This document shows positions 34,391 to 47,572 of a stretch of 64,000 bases of DNA, piece by piece (within the stretch, counting starts at the first letter, position 1; every line of letters begins with the position of its first letter). Under the pieces are notes generated by a model. The model was not told the DNA's origin, searched no databases, and saw only the letters and a program-made list of their open reading frames with translations. A program made the translations under genes and the position numbers. Origin of the DNA: Chlorokybus atmophyticus (Eukaryota; Plantae; Mesostigma and Chlorokybus algae). Where the stretch lies: assembly GCA_009103225.1 (NCBI GenBank), contig RHPI01001116.1, positions 701,267 through 765,266 of the forward strand, written 5' to 3'.

Positions 34391-35254
34391 CTCTTTCCGT
34401 CTGCGCATACAGAAATACATGTGTTGCGTGGGCACCTCTCTTGCAAAAAAGCACAACTATCAGCACGCAACTGGAGCTGTTGCGCTTGCACACATGTTGA
34501 TGAACTATTTCATAAACCACATGGATGTAAAGGCCCTAGTGCTGCGGTTCATATGCAAGACTGAATTCGCTGCATGATATTGGTGACAAAACAGCCGAGC
34601 TTGAGTGAAGTCAGCTCGGGGGTTATTGCCGCCGCCGCCGCCGCCGGTGCGCTGACGACAGTGTCGGAAATGGGAATGCGTCGCTGCTCCTGCTGGATAT
34701 TGCCGTACGATAACGACAGCTTAGACTCGGATGACTAAACCGGTCGCTGATAATGCTACACCCAATGCCAGTGGCAGTGACAGTCTGCCACGCGGCGGGA
34801 GAGGCAGTGGGGGAGGTGTACCGTAGTCTCGCTTCGCTATAATGTGGCAATTGCCATTTGCTAGTAATACCCTCGACCTTCGATATAGTGCATTGTAGCA
34901 AACTTTTATCTTCCTTAATAAGGGGTAGGGGGGCTTTGCTTTGAGTAAAGGGCTGTGTACGAGTATATACGGTACTCCTTATAAATTAAGAATCAACACA
35001 ATGCTTACGGTAGGCATTGTGTGTACAGCTCAAAATGAGCAATTATGAGTATGTACACGACCATTTGTAGGTGTATGTATACGCTTATTGGTAGAAAAAC
35101 ATGTGTTGTCAATGCTTTAATCTTTCCCTATACCCTATGTGCACTAGGTCCGTAATACGGAGTGAATCTATTCCGGATGAATAGAGTTCAATGACTGGTT
35201 ACCGAGAAACTTTTTTAGCCGTGGCATGTCCTCAGCGAGTTTCGCTATCACGGA

Positions 35255-35493
35255 CTAAACTTGATCACCAGAACAATCAACTTGCACGCGTACTAGCGCG
35301 TAAAAGAGCCACATAAAGTCCGAGAGGTGAGCTACCCGGCACTGGTTGTTGCTCCATGGCTCGGTGAAGTCCCGCACGCTGCCGTGCACGTCACGCTTGC
35401 GCCAGCCATGAACTTGCTGCCTCCAACGTTGAATCACTTGCGGCGTTGTTGTTGGCTTTGTTGTCATGCTCTTAATGACACGCGCACACATAT

Positions 35494-35529
<36 letters not shown>

Positions 35530-35830
35530 ACGTACATGCGCGTGCACCCACGCACGCAAGTATGCGCACGCCACGCGTGTGCTCACGTACACCTGCACAC
35601 ATTGTGGCACGTACTGTGGCACAAGCAACGAAGAGAAAGCGAATCAAGTTCTCAGTCGCTTTCAAGGCATTGATTTTAGTCAACAGCAGAAGTCTTGTCA
35701 AAATGTTGGTTCCTTGTGTAAACCTGATCCGGACCTCCGAGGAATCCGCAGTCGCTGAATGAGTGAAGAACGTCTCTCAACTGGGTGCGGCGTGCGCAGT
35801 TGCTCCAACTGGCTGCATGCGCGCAACAAC
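35255..35830 (-). pseudogene. Unknown gene family, partial and more diverged copy C
   Basis: RTQLRDVLH..PDQVY and EPWSNNQC..LCGSFTR*Y align to copies A and B; interrupted by a (GCAC)n tract at 35494-35528. Confidence 0.45.
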
Positions 35831-36014
35831 ATGTGTAGTGTGGGCAACTTAGCAAAAGGTGCAAACGACAGCGCCCTCTTTGCTGTCACTTGCGCTTTAC
35901 CGGCAGCTTAGCTGTTCTTCTTGCACACTTGCTGAGGTTCCAACTGATTGACATGGTAGCCACCACGAGGTCGCGCGCGAGTGTGTGGGGTAGGGTGGAG
36001 TGAAAGGGGCCCGG

Positions 36015-36096
36015 NNNNNNNNNNNNNNNNNNNNNNNNNNNNNNNNNNNNNNNNNNNNNNNNNNNNNNNNNNNNNNNNNNNNNNNNNNNNNNNNNN
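36015..36096. other. Assembly gap (82 N)
   Basis: Run of N. Confidence 0.99.
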
Positions 36097-36881
36097 GGGG
36101 GCGCATGTGCGTGACTGGTATGATTGTGACGGCAGCTGTAGTTTTCTTTGCGAGTGTACTTGCTTACATCTAGCGTGGAGACACTATCAGCTGGGGCCAA
36201 AGAACTGCTGTAGTATAGTCCATGTCACAAGTTGCACAAGTTGCTCTTTACAACCATGTTGCCAGCCTCAATACCGTCCCCGCGGCCATAAGTACACGCT
36301 CGAAGCATCACCGCAAGCATTGGTGCAAGCGCCATGCGTGGCATTGCCATCCTCATCCTTGTGGCTTCCTGCAATACACCTTTTCGCCGCTGCCACCGAT
36401 GTGAACAAGTCACCTATCATGATGACGCAGGTGTGACGAGCCTGAATGCTTCTACTTGAGAGTGTAAGCTTCTTGGTGGTCACAGTCACACTTTGGCCGT
36501 GGACAAGCACGCGACCACTACTGATTGAAGGCGTTTAGTGTACGGCTTTGAGCAGAGTCTGCTGCATGCGCAACTTGCTGTAGGTGACCTACAGCATGTC
36601 ATCGCTTGTACTAGGCCTGAACAACACTACACAAAGAAGAGTTAGAGCATGAAGTCTCGAAGGCAGGAGCATCGACAACTACCAGTACTGCCACATGAAG
36701 TTGACACGTCAGAGACAACTGGTCGAGATCATTGGAAATATTGGAACAATGGAAACCAAGTTACAGCACGTACAACAAGTTACAGCACGTTCACACAGAA
36801 TGTGACAACATTTGGAGCATTCTCAACACTACAAAACAGAGTGCAGTCCGCTGTTGTGGGGGCCACGCCTGCAACTCTCTC

Positions 36882-38679
36882 TCACTCCTTCTCCGGGATG
36901 AGCACAGTCATGTCCACTACTATATCAAGCTCGTCCTCCTTGCTGCGGCGCTTCGACGCTTGGGGGTCGAGCGGCTTGATGGTGAACAGGTCCACGAGCA
37001 TGCCCTGCGAGCAGTTCTTGTCGCTGAGGTTGTCGTGAGGAAGCTGGTACTTGGAACTAAAAGCCGATTGCGAGCAGAATAAGGTGCCGTCCGAGTAATA
37101 CAGATAGACGGTGTAGTGAACGGCATGCTTGAAAGCGAATTGACTGTCCAGCCGAATGGAAGCAATCCGCCACGCGCATCGGTCTCTCATGGTGACAGTC
37201 TGCTCCGACGTCCAGCGGCAGCTGCTGAGGAAATTGATGGACAGCTTCCACCCGTGCCCTTCTTTGTCGATGAAGTCGTCCCAGAGTGACCCCGCGGAAA
37301 GCACCGGCTGCTGCGGATGAAACAGCATGCTATACGGGGCCAGCGTCCAGCTGTGCTTGTGCTGGTAAACGCGCATCTGGGTGCCTGAAACGGAGTCGGG
37401 CATCTGCAACAATCGACACGCACGTTTTTCAGAGAAAAAGTTTTCCGCAAAGCAAGCCTGTATGTGCGTTACCAAGCATGTGCATGTGATGGCACTCATA
37501 TCACAGAGGCTCCGTCAAGGTACGCTTGACATGTGTGTGCTGGTGACAATCTACCACATGGTAGGTTGCAAGTCAACAGGACTGTGCATGCACTTGAAGC
37601 TCTATGCACTGTACATTTGGTACATGGTACACCGGTTACTGCGACAACATGATGGCAATCAGCCCAAGTAAAGCCTACAGCTGGGCACGCGGTGACAGTT
37701 GTGTGTTCCGGCTCAATGACTCATTGCGACTATCTGCTGGGTACAGACCAGCTTATAGATGAACGTCCGTACCCAGTACAACTGATGTGCCGTCTGCTAA
37801 ACAACTGCTTTTCAACCGCATACTCAAGCTGTTGACCTTGAGGAACACTGAACTTGCTTCCATTGCAAACTGCTGAACATGACACCACTGGCAATCACCT
37901 CAGCCACTGACAGGTTGTACGCTGGTGTTTTTGCATACGCAGTTGAGCCATTGTGCAGCATGAAGTTGGGCAGTACAGCTGCAAGTGGCTCGCACTGCTT
38001 TGGTGGCACCAAAGCGCAGTGTTTTCTGCCCTCTCAATTAAGACCTATATTCTGGGTAGTCTGACCATCCAGCACCAATGCAAAATGACCAACGCTATGT
38101 TCACAAACGTGGTTCTGTTGTTGCAAAGCGGGCTTCAAGGCTAGCATGGCGCACTGGTGGCGGAGGTATATGACATTGTTTGCATGCAAGCCGCTCTGAA
38201 CAGCGCTGAGGGGGCAGAGCAGACAGCTGACAACCAGTTGTTCATACGCTAAGCAGGAAACTTCTCGCATGCTGTCACAGCAAACTTTTATTATGAGCTG
38301 TGCGGGCCCTGCCAGTGCTCCACCCTGGCAGCTGGGCACTGTGACGAGTCAGCTGCTAGCTGCCAGTACTCAAACGAGAAGCAATCTGATGCCACGAATG
38401 CCACTGACTGCACATTCAGATGTACTGACAACTCACAGCCGTCTTCGCCAACCATATCATCAGCAGCCGCATAAGCAACAACTGTTGTCTGGGACCTACC
38501 GGTGGAGGAGGTGTTGCCGGGGATGCCAAGCTGCGGGAAGTCATGGTATGACCCTCCATCTTCTGCTCCTCAGGAGACTGAAGCTGCGGGGACTCGACAT
38601 AGCCTCCTGGCAAATTCGAAGCCTCCGGGTCCTCCGGGAAGGCCTCCTCCTCCTCGTCGCCGCTACCGCCAGAATGCAT
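36882..38679 (-). CDS. MATH/TRAF-like domain protein, paralogue 1 (multi-exon)
   Basis: First exon MHSGGSGDEEEEAF... The last exon (~37403-36882) has HSWTLAPYS..GHGWKLSI..WRIA..VHYTV..DELDIVVDMTVL, a MATH-like beta-sandwich pattern shared with paralogues 2 and 3. Internal exons unresolved. Confidence 0.6.
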
Positions 38680-40111
38680 GGCGAAGTGCGGGCAATGTGA
38701 CTCAGTCGGCAGCACCCAGCGTCACGCTTGGCTTATGTAGCTCGAGTGACGCATCTCGCAAGTGACGGATCTTTAACGTGATGCGTCATGCTGTGCCTTG
38801 TCACTTGCCTTGCCACGCAGAGCTCTCAGCTTGCTCTTAGCTTGCTTGCGTGCTTGGCGCTGGTTGCGGGAGCTGCGGCGGTGGTCGTGCCGGCGGCGGT
38901 GGAGAGACTGAAGTGAGCCCTGCGATTGTAGAGCAGTCGTTGTTGGCCAAGATGTTCGCTATTTGGTCTCCTATTTGACGGAGGGTACAAATAGGTGGCT
39001 CTGTGGTGAACAAACAAAGCAGCCACGCCTGCTACAGTGGTGGTAAGCTTAACAAGTAACCATGAACCGGAAGGAAGCAGAGGGGAATGCTGTTGCCAAT
39101 CTGCTGCTTGGTTACCATCTATCAGAGCGTTCATGCAAAGACAGTCGTGAGTTCACAATCGTAAGCTTAGCAGTTGCCAGTTTTTTCCTAGAAAAGGCAG
39201 CGCTATTGAGTGACCAGCTGCGTGTATGCTCACCTTGTGGGTTTCTAATAGCCACGTCGTGTCCAGCCGGCGAACAGGTTCTAACTTGCTGAGCGTGCCT
39301 GCGAAAAGTATTGCATAAGCACTAGCGGGTGCCAACTTTTGTGCCATGCATGCAGTGCATTACGGTAACAAATACTACTTGTCACGTATTACCGGGTGCT
39401 AGTCGCATGCGTGCTGGTTGTAACGGAATGCGCATGTGGTCTCATGCAGTGTGCTGAAGCATTCAGGGTACTAATCTCTTAACATCGTACAACACTGCAG
39501 GCGGCAACTGGAAGCATTGTGATTGCTGAACTTTGCAAAGTACCATGATGGAGACCGAGCAGCAAGCAAGCAGGAACCCGGGATCCCCACTCCGCACCCT
39601 CTTGTGAGCGGTATCTTGAACACATGCACACAGGCTGACGTGCTTGCAGCATGTTGACTTTCCCATGAAGTCGTACAGTATGCATGCAACACATCATGAT
39701 GGCACTATAGCCTGCAGCTACATGCTAGTGGTACCACTATGCCATCATGAATCAGCATTATGATATGGCCCGGGTCCATGCAGAACTGCTGAAACTGGTA
39801 CACTACAGTGCAATGCACAAGCCATCGCACGTCAGATGGCGTGCGCATACCGCATGCGCAAGCGTATGGTGTGCCTGGTCACCACTGGGTCACCACTGGG
39901 ACATGATGCACACGGTGTGGCCAACTGAGTGACACATGCCATACGCATCACACAATGCGCAGTGCATGTAGCATGTATGGCCTGCATGCAAGCTACATAT
40001 GTCACATATGTACACTGCGGTAGTTTTCATGCAGGTCAGTAAGATGCCAGCGCATGCTGTTCTATCCAAACACCCTGGCAGTGCATTCAACATACTCGTA
40101 TGGTGTATCAG

Positions 40112-41309
40112 GATGGAGAGCGTACACTCGGAAACGTGGACCATCCGCCCATACAGCAAGCTGTTGAGAGAAAGAGAGCTCACCCTCAGCCAGGGCAGGA
40201 TCAGCAGTCCTCCGTTTAGAGCTCCGGGAGGCCCTTGGCAGGTGGTTGTTGTCCTTTCCCTTGTGTAGTGTCGAGCAGAATGGTCATGCATTAGCAGGCA
40301 GCATCATTGCATGCAAAACGTTGCATTCACACTGTGGTGTCAAGCAAGCGCTCAACTTTACACTATCCAGCACGTAATGATGTCAGCGGTAGCGACTTGA
40401 CTGAGTTCTCCGTCTGTGGCATAACTTTGTCGGCGCTGAGCTACCGTCGTGCATGATCAGAGCAATTGTGTCGTGTGTTAACTTTGCTCTGGTTTGGTTG
40501 GAAGATGACTTTGCAGCTGGACAGCAACGGCTGCACGCCGGCAATGCATCCGCGCTGCAGGTGATAGAGCTGTCCGTGCATGATCTGTCAGGATCACTGC
40601 CGGCATTAGCAACTGTCTCTCCTTGTTGGTTTTGCTTGTTTTCTTGCACTGCAACCATGAAATTCTTGGACCCTGCACAATACCGTATTGCGCAGTACGC
40701 GATACAACTACTCAGTCAGTACTTAAGTGAAAAACAAAAGTACTTAAGTGCAACTTTGCACCGCGGCGCGCGATTGCTGGTTGGTGCGATGTGTCTTTAC
40801 TCATGTGCATGAATCACAGGTCCACATGGCGGTTTGCATACTTTCAGCTCGTCCGGCCAGTCAGAGAGGATCTCATGCCCGCCATTGTCCATTACACCCT
40901 GAAGATCACTTACCCGGATGGCAAGGTGGTCTCTTCCGACACCTCCTTCAAAGGTGCTGGCGGCTACACGTAAGCACGCCAACATCTTCCAAACACATCA
41001 CACGTACCCACTGTTCGTACATGCATTGAAGCTCACCAGACTGTGGCCTTGAGCTACGCACAGCTGTTATGATCATCACATAAACAGTATGTAAACTAGA
41101 AGTTTTTGGTGCACAGGTACTTGCCATCAACAAGCTGGTTTGGCATGGCGCCGAAGACGGAGCGTGCGCAGGTGGCGGGGCTGATGGTCGACTTGCTGTA
41201 CCCGCCGGACCACATGCACTCGGGGTACGCGATATCTAGCGGGGCCGGCTTGGGGATGAGAGGGGCGGACGAGTTGCTTGTGACTGTGGACATGAAGGTG
41301 TTGCTTTAG
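40112..41309 (+). CDS. MATH/TRAF-like domain protein, paralogue 2 (domain split by several introns; 5' end unresolved)
   Basis: ETWTIRPYSKLL.. | ..HPRCR | STWRFAYFQL..VHYTLKITYPDG.. | ..AGLMVDL..DELLVTVDMKVLL*, collinear with the other two copies. Confidence 0.55.
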
Positions 41310-43593
41310 CAGGGCATGCACGCATCTGTCTTGTGCACACTTCTCTTGAAGCTTCGACTCCCATTATAGAAGTGGGCACTTAAGGCAGATGGGTGTCAAA
41401 GCTTTGACTCCCATCAGTGAACTGTGTACATACTTTTTACTTGTACTGCCTGTTTAACACAGCACAGCACTGTTGGGGCATATCTGGATGCCGGGTTGAT
41501 AATGCACGATGGCAGCAGGCATGTGTTTGTTCAATCGCATGCACTGGCCAAAACCACTCGCAATCAATCACGACGCAGTTGCACCGCATGTGGCAGCCTA
41601 CATTTGGGCCTCAGTGGGCCAGCATTTCTTGAAGGACTTAAGAACCATTAAAAGGCGGCATAATTATTGACAAACCCCTATTATTGTAAGAATGCGACAT
41701 TGGCATTGTCACGTTCTTGAATACATACCCCTCTCGTATTTTCTGTACAATGTGGAGCTGGCCTAGGCTGCTTGCCAGTACACGGACCTAGTTGTACACA
41801 ATATCCGCATTATGAATATAATGCATTTTTGCAAAACTTTGAAGGTTGCAGCACAGGCCTCAGTTGAGGCCTGCGCTACAACCTGGCATAAGCTACGGTT
41901 GCAGCCGTAGAACATGACGCATGCACACAAGTAAGGTCGTTGTGGACGCTCGACACCAGCGTACTAATGCATCATATCTGCAGTGCGCCACCGTTTTAAG
42001 CGAGTCTGAACAGAAACAGGTTGCACCGCTGTATACTAAGCATACACAAATAGCAGTGTGCATATCCTGCGCTGGACTCCAGCGAGGTGCCATGTGGGTG
42101 CCGCGGTGTGCGCAAAGCCTCAGCAACATAAAGTATCGACAATGTCGGCTTCATGCTGTCTAATGTAACTTGCGGGCGCCTTTCAGTTTTCAGTTGGTGA
42201 ATAAGGTAGGGAGCTCGAATACTGCACACTGTATCCTGCAACGTTCTTTCGTTATTACAACTGCAAATGCTTACTGCAAAATCTGCAAGTCCTAGCACAA
42301 TCAAAGCAACAATCCACCTGTCACTTGAAATGTTCACATCCAAGTACAGCACTCATAGCACAGGACTCCTCCAGCGTGTGACACATAGGTGTATTGGCTG
42401 CTAGTAGTAGCTCATGGCTGTGAGGTACGCTCAAACAGAGGCTCCCTCCTCCAGCCTCCCTCCTCCAGCTTGAGCAACGGCATTCACCGCCACAGACGAT
42501 AGGGTGGAGCTGACAGACGATTGGGTGTTGGCTGCTGCTTGAGGCTGCGTGTGCATGCAGCACAAGCAAGGCTGAGGAACGTGCACCAGGTGTTCCCAAT
42601 ACCAGATGATGGAGTATCCAGCTGTCGTGCACATAGAACGGTCCTGTTATGCCATGCACGGTGCAGTGCTCACATGCCTGCCTATGTCCATATATGGGTA
42701 TAGACTTCAAAGGCAATATGTCAAGTCAAATGCTACATATTGAACCAGTTGTGCAAATTGATACTGAACAAGCTTAAGCCGTTGAGCAAGGGCAGTGGTG
42801 CGGGTTGTTTCAGTCAGCAAGTACATTTGGCATCTCATCTCTATATCATCTGCCAGGCGACAAGATGTGTCACAGTGATTGTGTGTTGCGGATACACACG
42901 GCTGCTAAGCTTGGTGAGTCAAAAGTCACAAGGTCTGTGGTCACAGCTGAGCATGCTTGCATGCACCGTGCGCTGCTTGCCTGTAAATAGAGCGACATAC
43001 CAGCCATGAAGTGACTACGAATAGCCATGCTGGGCAAGAGCCCCAGGCCATCAACTCTGCTCAGCACGCTCACCAGCACACAAAGCGCAGGCGGCAGCCC
43101 TATCGTCTTCGAGACATGGAATGAGTGAACATCACAGGCGCAGGCGCTCGTTCCCTCCGCCAAGCAAGCCAGCAATCCCGCAGGAAGCTGACAAGCACCC
43201 AAGCAAAAGCAAATGGCACACAAGCAAACAAACCAGCAAGACAAACAAGCAAGCATGCAATGAACCATGCATGCATGGTTGAAATGGGGCGAATCCCCGT
43301 CACACAGTCAGGTCCTGCTACCGTACTTGTGACAGTGCCTCATTGCTGATTGTTGCCATGAAGGCAACCAAGCAACCAAGCAATAACCAAGCGATCAACA
43401 ATCAGGCAAGCACTGATTCAAGCAAACCTTTGCCAGAATCTGCCTGTTGCTTCCGCTGCTTAAAAGCGGCTTGCCAGCTGGCGCAGCGTCACGCATCACG
43501 CTGTCTTGCATCATCAGTACGGACAAGCGCGTTACGGTCAAGCCTTTATGGCTCTCAGCGTGACGCTGGTTTTGCCATTGTGCTCCCGCTGCC

Positions 43594-45177
43594 ATGCAGG
43601 GCGGCGGGTTGGGCGGCGGCGGGGTCCGCAAGGACGCCGCCTCCACAGCCACGGAGGCTCTCAGCAAGCTCAACCTGGACGTCGGTGTGGCGGACGTCAA
43701 GTCCCCGACCTTGCACCGCTCGCCCGTTCAGCATGCGGAAGCCAGCACGCTCAGGTCCCCAGCGGTAAGCCCCGTGGAGGTCTCTGCACGGGTGGGATTG
43801 ATCCTCTCTCTGCATGCGGGTGGATTGCCAGTCTGTGCATTGGTCTAATTGCTAACGCTTGAGGAGAACACTGTGCGTTGCTTGAGCGCTTATGCATGTC
43901 GCCAAACGCTTGCCTCCGAGTGTGGTTGCGTGAAAGAGCAGTACAAGTTGCAGTTATACTCTACCAGCGGTCCAGCCGCTGGTCGTTTGCATGCACCCTC
44001 AGCAATGAGCGCGCACAATTGCCGCATGCAAGCTTACATGAATACAGTTCCGTTGTGGACGTAAAGGCGTTCGTCGGTGTGTAGCAGCAGCACTGCGACA
44101 GCCAATCGACATCGTTGCACAGCTGCCAGCTGGCATTTTGCTCGTGCTTGCGGCCAACGGTTGATGATCGTGACATGGTTGCTATAATGAAAGGGTACCC
44201 TCTCAAATAAACTTCTACATGCATACCACATGCCTGGCATGGCATGCTCCCTGCCGGCAGCTGGCACATGCCTGGCTGCTATGCCTGCATGCTCAGCAGG
44301 CTGGCGTCAGCTGACGTGATGGATTCCAGCTACCAGGCTGCCCGTGTGCTTGCACCGCACAAGCATCCATTTTGCCAAGTGTTACCAACACATGGCAACA
44401 TGGTGCTAGTAGTGAAAAAGGCAGGCTACTCAGTAAGTTGACTCAGTCGATAGAAGTGCTCAGTGGCTGCCATACCCCACCCGTTACAAACCATGTGAAG
44501 GAGGAGGCAATGTGCACGGCCTGCACAGCTGAGCTTGCAACTGCACCATCTGTTGCCTGTAATGCATGTTGGCTAGAAGGCAACCTGAAGCAGAAACAGG
44601 TCCCAACAACGAGACTGATTGTGTGCTTGTGCTGTGACAGATGGTGCACTCCACTTCGTCCAGCTCCACCAGGTTCAGGGTGTACACCCACACGCATGTG
44701 TGGACGATCAGCCCATACAGCGAGCTTCTGAAGGCGCAGCAGCCGCTGCTGAGCAAAGGGGAGGTGTGGGACGACTTCATGGACGAGCACGGCCACCGCT
44801 GGAAGCTCTCCATCAGCTTCCTCAGCAGCTGCCGCTCGGGGGGTATATTTTCATCAACCATCTCGAGAGACCGCAGCACGTGGCGACTGGCTCACATTCA
44901 GCTTCACAGCCACGCTGAAGCAGCAAAGTATCTTGTCCACTACAATGTCACACTCAGACTCCCTGATGGCAGCAGCTATTTGTCTGAGGCTGCCTTTAGC
45001 CAGGCTGCCAGCAAGCTACCCCCCAAACACTTTGATTCGCGCAGCGTGTGCGGCTTCCTTGTGGAGTTGTCCTCACTCGTGCAATGTAACCCAAACGCGC
45101 TGCATGCGAGAGACGAGCTCACTGTCAAAGTCGACATGACGGTGCTGTATCCCACCAGGGACATCTCACGCGGGTGA
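43594..45177 (+). CDS. MATH/TRAF-like domain protein, paralogue 3 (multi-exon)
   Basis: First exon MQGGGLGGGG..RSPA|gtaagc. The last exon (44641-45177) has HVWTISPYSELL..GHRWKLSI..STWRLAH..VHYNVTLRLPDG..DELTVKVDMTVL. Confidence 0.65.
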
Positions 45178-46053
45178 CTCCGGTGTGAGAGCGAGTTGAA
45201 CCCTGTCATCGTTGTTGTTCGAAGTTGGTGTACTCTGTGGAGACACGTTGCTGCTGTGTTGGGTTGTGCGCGTGATCGTGGAGAGTGTGGCCATAATGTG
45301 AGCTGGTATTGCTTGAGGCTGGCTGCTTATGCACAGTGTAGACCGGTTGTTGGAGTAGTAGCTCTGTCGGGTAAGACGTGATGTGTCTCTGCGCACCGTC
45401 ACATTGTGGCATGCGTGCATGGTTTGCATGCATCTGATCAATTGCACTCTCTGCACATTCGTGTGAATGCTGGTTTCACAAACACGCGCATGTGCTTTCA
45501 ACATTACATGTGCGTGCAAGTGACGATCATCATGATGCTGTTGAACTTGAAGCTGGTGGACAACAGCTGCGTGCATCATGCTTCAGACAAATGCATCATG
45601 TTGCATTACATTCAAGGATTGACGTGCCCTTCTGTGCTGCTAAACGCAGGTAGCTCTTGTAAACTTATGCAGTGATCAGCAGTACTGACGCTTGTGTGGT
45701 ACTTGTCATGGTTGCTTCACTTGAGTCAGTCAGTCAGTCATTCATTACCACCCAGCGCACTGCCTGTGCGAATTTGCAAAACAGAAGCACAAGTCTGGGT
45801 TTTTGGCAACAAGACTCTTGCTGGTCCATCGGTCATACAGACGTTGTGAATATGTAGCAGACACTTGGCGCATGCATAACTGTGCGTCTTCCCCGATGGC
45901 ATTGTCGCTGTCGTCGGCGGCGGCGGCAGCAGCGTCGTCGTCGCTGTTAGCATCCGCCGCCTTGCCGAGGTCGGCTGCCCGGCCGTCCTCGCGGCTGCAA
46001 GCCCACCGAGCCCGCCGGCGGCGAGGCAGCGGCCGCCCGCCGGCGGCATCCCC

Positions 46054-47572
46054 ATGGCCGTCGCTGGGGGAGCAGAACCGGGGGAAGGAGGAGCAGGAGG
46101 AGGAGGAGCAGGAGAAGGCATAGGGGTCAAGCAGGTGCTGAGCTTCCCGCCTGTGCCTGCCCTTGGTGAGGACGAGGAGCAGACGGCTGCCAGCGCCGTG
46201 CGGGCGGCAGCGACGGCGGGTGTGTTCGAGGCGGACAGCAAGCTTCTGCCGGAGTTCCCCGTGTCAGCCTGCTTGTTGCGCGTCAGCTATGGAGACAAAG
46301 AAGTGAGGTGAGAAGTGTGACAGTTACACATGCACGCACGCGCGGTCGCATGCGCTCACGCGCTTAAGCCGACGCATGCTTGTGGTGGGATGCATCCACT
46401 TCGTTGGTGAGATGGCTTCATGAGGCCAACACTGGAATGCACAACTGATTTGCGTAGTCAACAACTTACATCAATCATCGGATGGCCGTTATGTCGTATA
46501 AACTCGTTGCTTCATGTGAGGTTTTCACAGTGCGCAGTCAGTCCTGTGCGCACTTAGGCAAGCTGTGCATGCTAACACAGCGAACAAGGGCACACATTGC
46601 ACTGATGCACGCATCAGCTATGCAAATCCAGCAAGTGCAGCAGACATTGCCACAATCTCATTGCATTTGCCAACAGTTGTAAGGCAACTTGCCTTGAAGG
46701 GGCACAACGGCAATGGCAACTGTGTTTTCCCTACAAAGATTGTGGTTCTCAGACCCATACGTTGCGTGGCATTGGCATTGTGTTGTTCTGTTGGTGAGGC
46801 ATATACCTTCAAACTCTCTATACTGCCATTCACCAGCACATGTACACAAATTCTCGTTCATGCTGCCATGAGCTTAGTATGTATAGCTTTACGCAGGTGT
46901 GGTAATGAGCTGACTTTGGCGGAAGCCCGGCCTCTTCCAACCAGTGTGTCATGGAGACCCGCCGACAATGGCACGCTGTACACGTTGGTCATGCTCGATC
47001 CGGACGCCAAGTCGTCACGCAATCGCTTTATGTCACCAATCATTCACTGGCTGGTGGTTAACATCAGGCCGGACCAGGCGCAGGTGAGTTTTGCTCGTGA
47101 GACTCGCACTTGTGCATGTACCCGTGTGTGGGTCTGTGAGGGTGCGCATGTGCCCGTGTGCACACTTGTATGCATGTACACGTGCACTGGGTCAGCATGT
47201 GCGTATGCTTGTGCATGTTCTTGTGTCTCACATGCCTATATCTTCATACATACACCCATAAAACACTCATACAGCATCTGCTTCTTCCCGTAGGTCAATC
47301 AGCTACAAAGCATACAGAAGGGTGACACCCTCCACCCGTACTCAGGGCCAGGTCCAGCAGTAAACTCAGGCCCTCATCGCTACATCTTCTTCCTGCTCGA
47401 GCAGCCAAATGGGCCATTGCAACCGTCTCAAGTGCGCCAAACGTTCACGCCAATTGTGTCGAGACTCCGGTTTCATGTGCATAGCTTTGTCAAGAGGTTC
47501 GAATTGAAACCTGTTGCTGTCAACTTCTTCCAGTCCCGACAAGATGGTAGCAGCACATGTTGCGTTATGTAG
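46054..47572 (+). CDS. Phosphatidylethanolamine-binding protein (PEBP/RKIP family), 3 exons
   Basis: LRVSYGDKEVR|CGNELT..YTLVMLDPDA..IHWLVVNI..|..YSGPGP..SGPHRYIFFLLEQ..VAVNFFQS. Exons ~46054-46307, ~46897-47083, ~47294-47572. Confidence 0.92.

Noticed and set aside
41900-43350. Short minus-strand hydrophobic ORFs between MATH paralogues 2 and 3
   Set aside because: No motif support; composition resembles intron or intergenic DNA.
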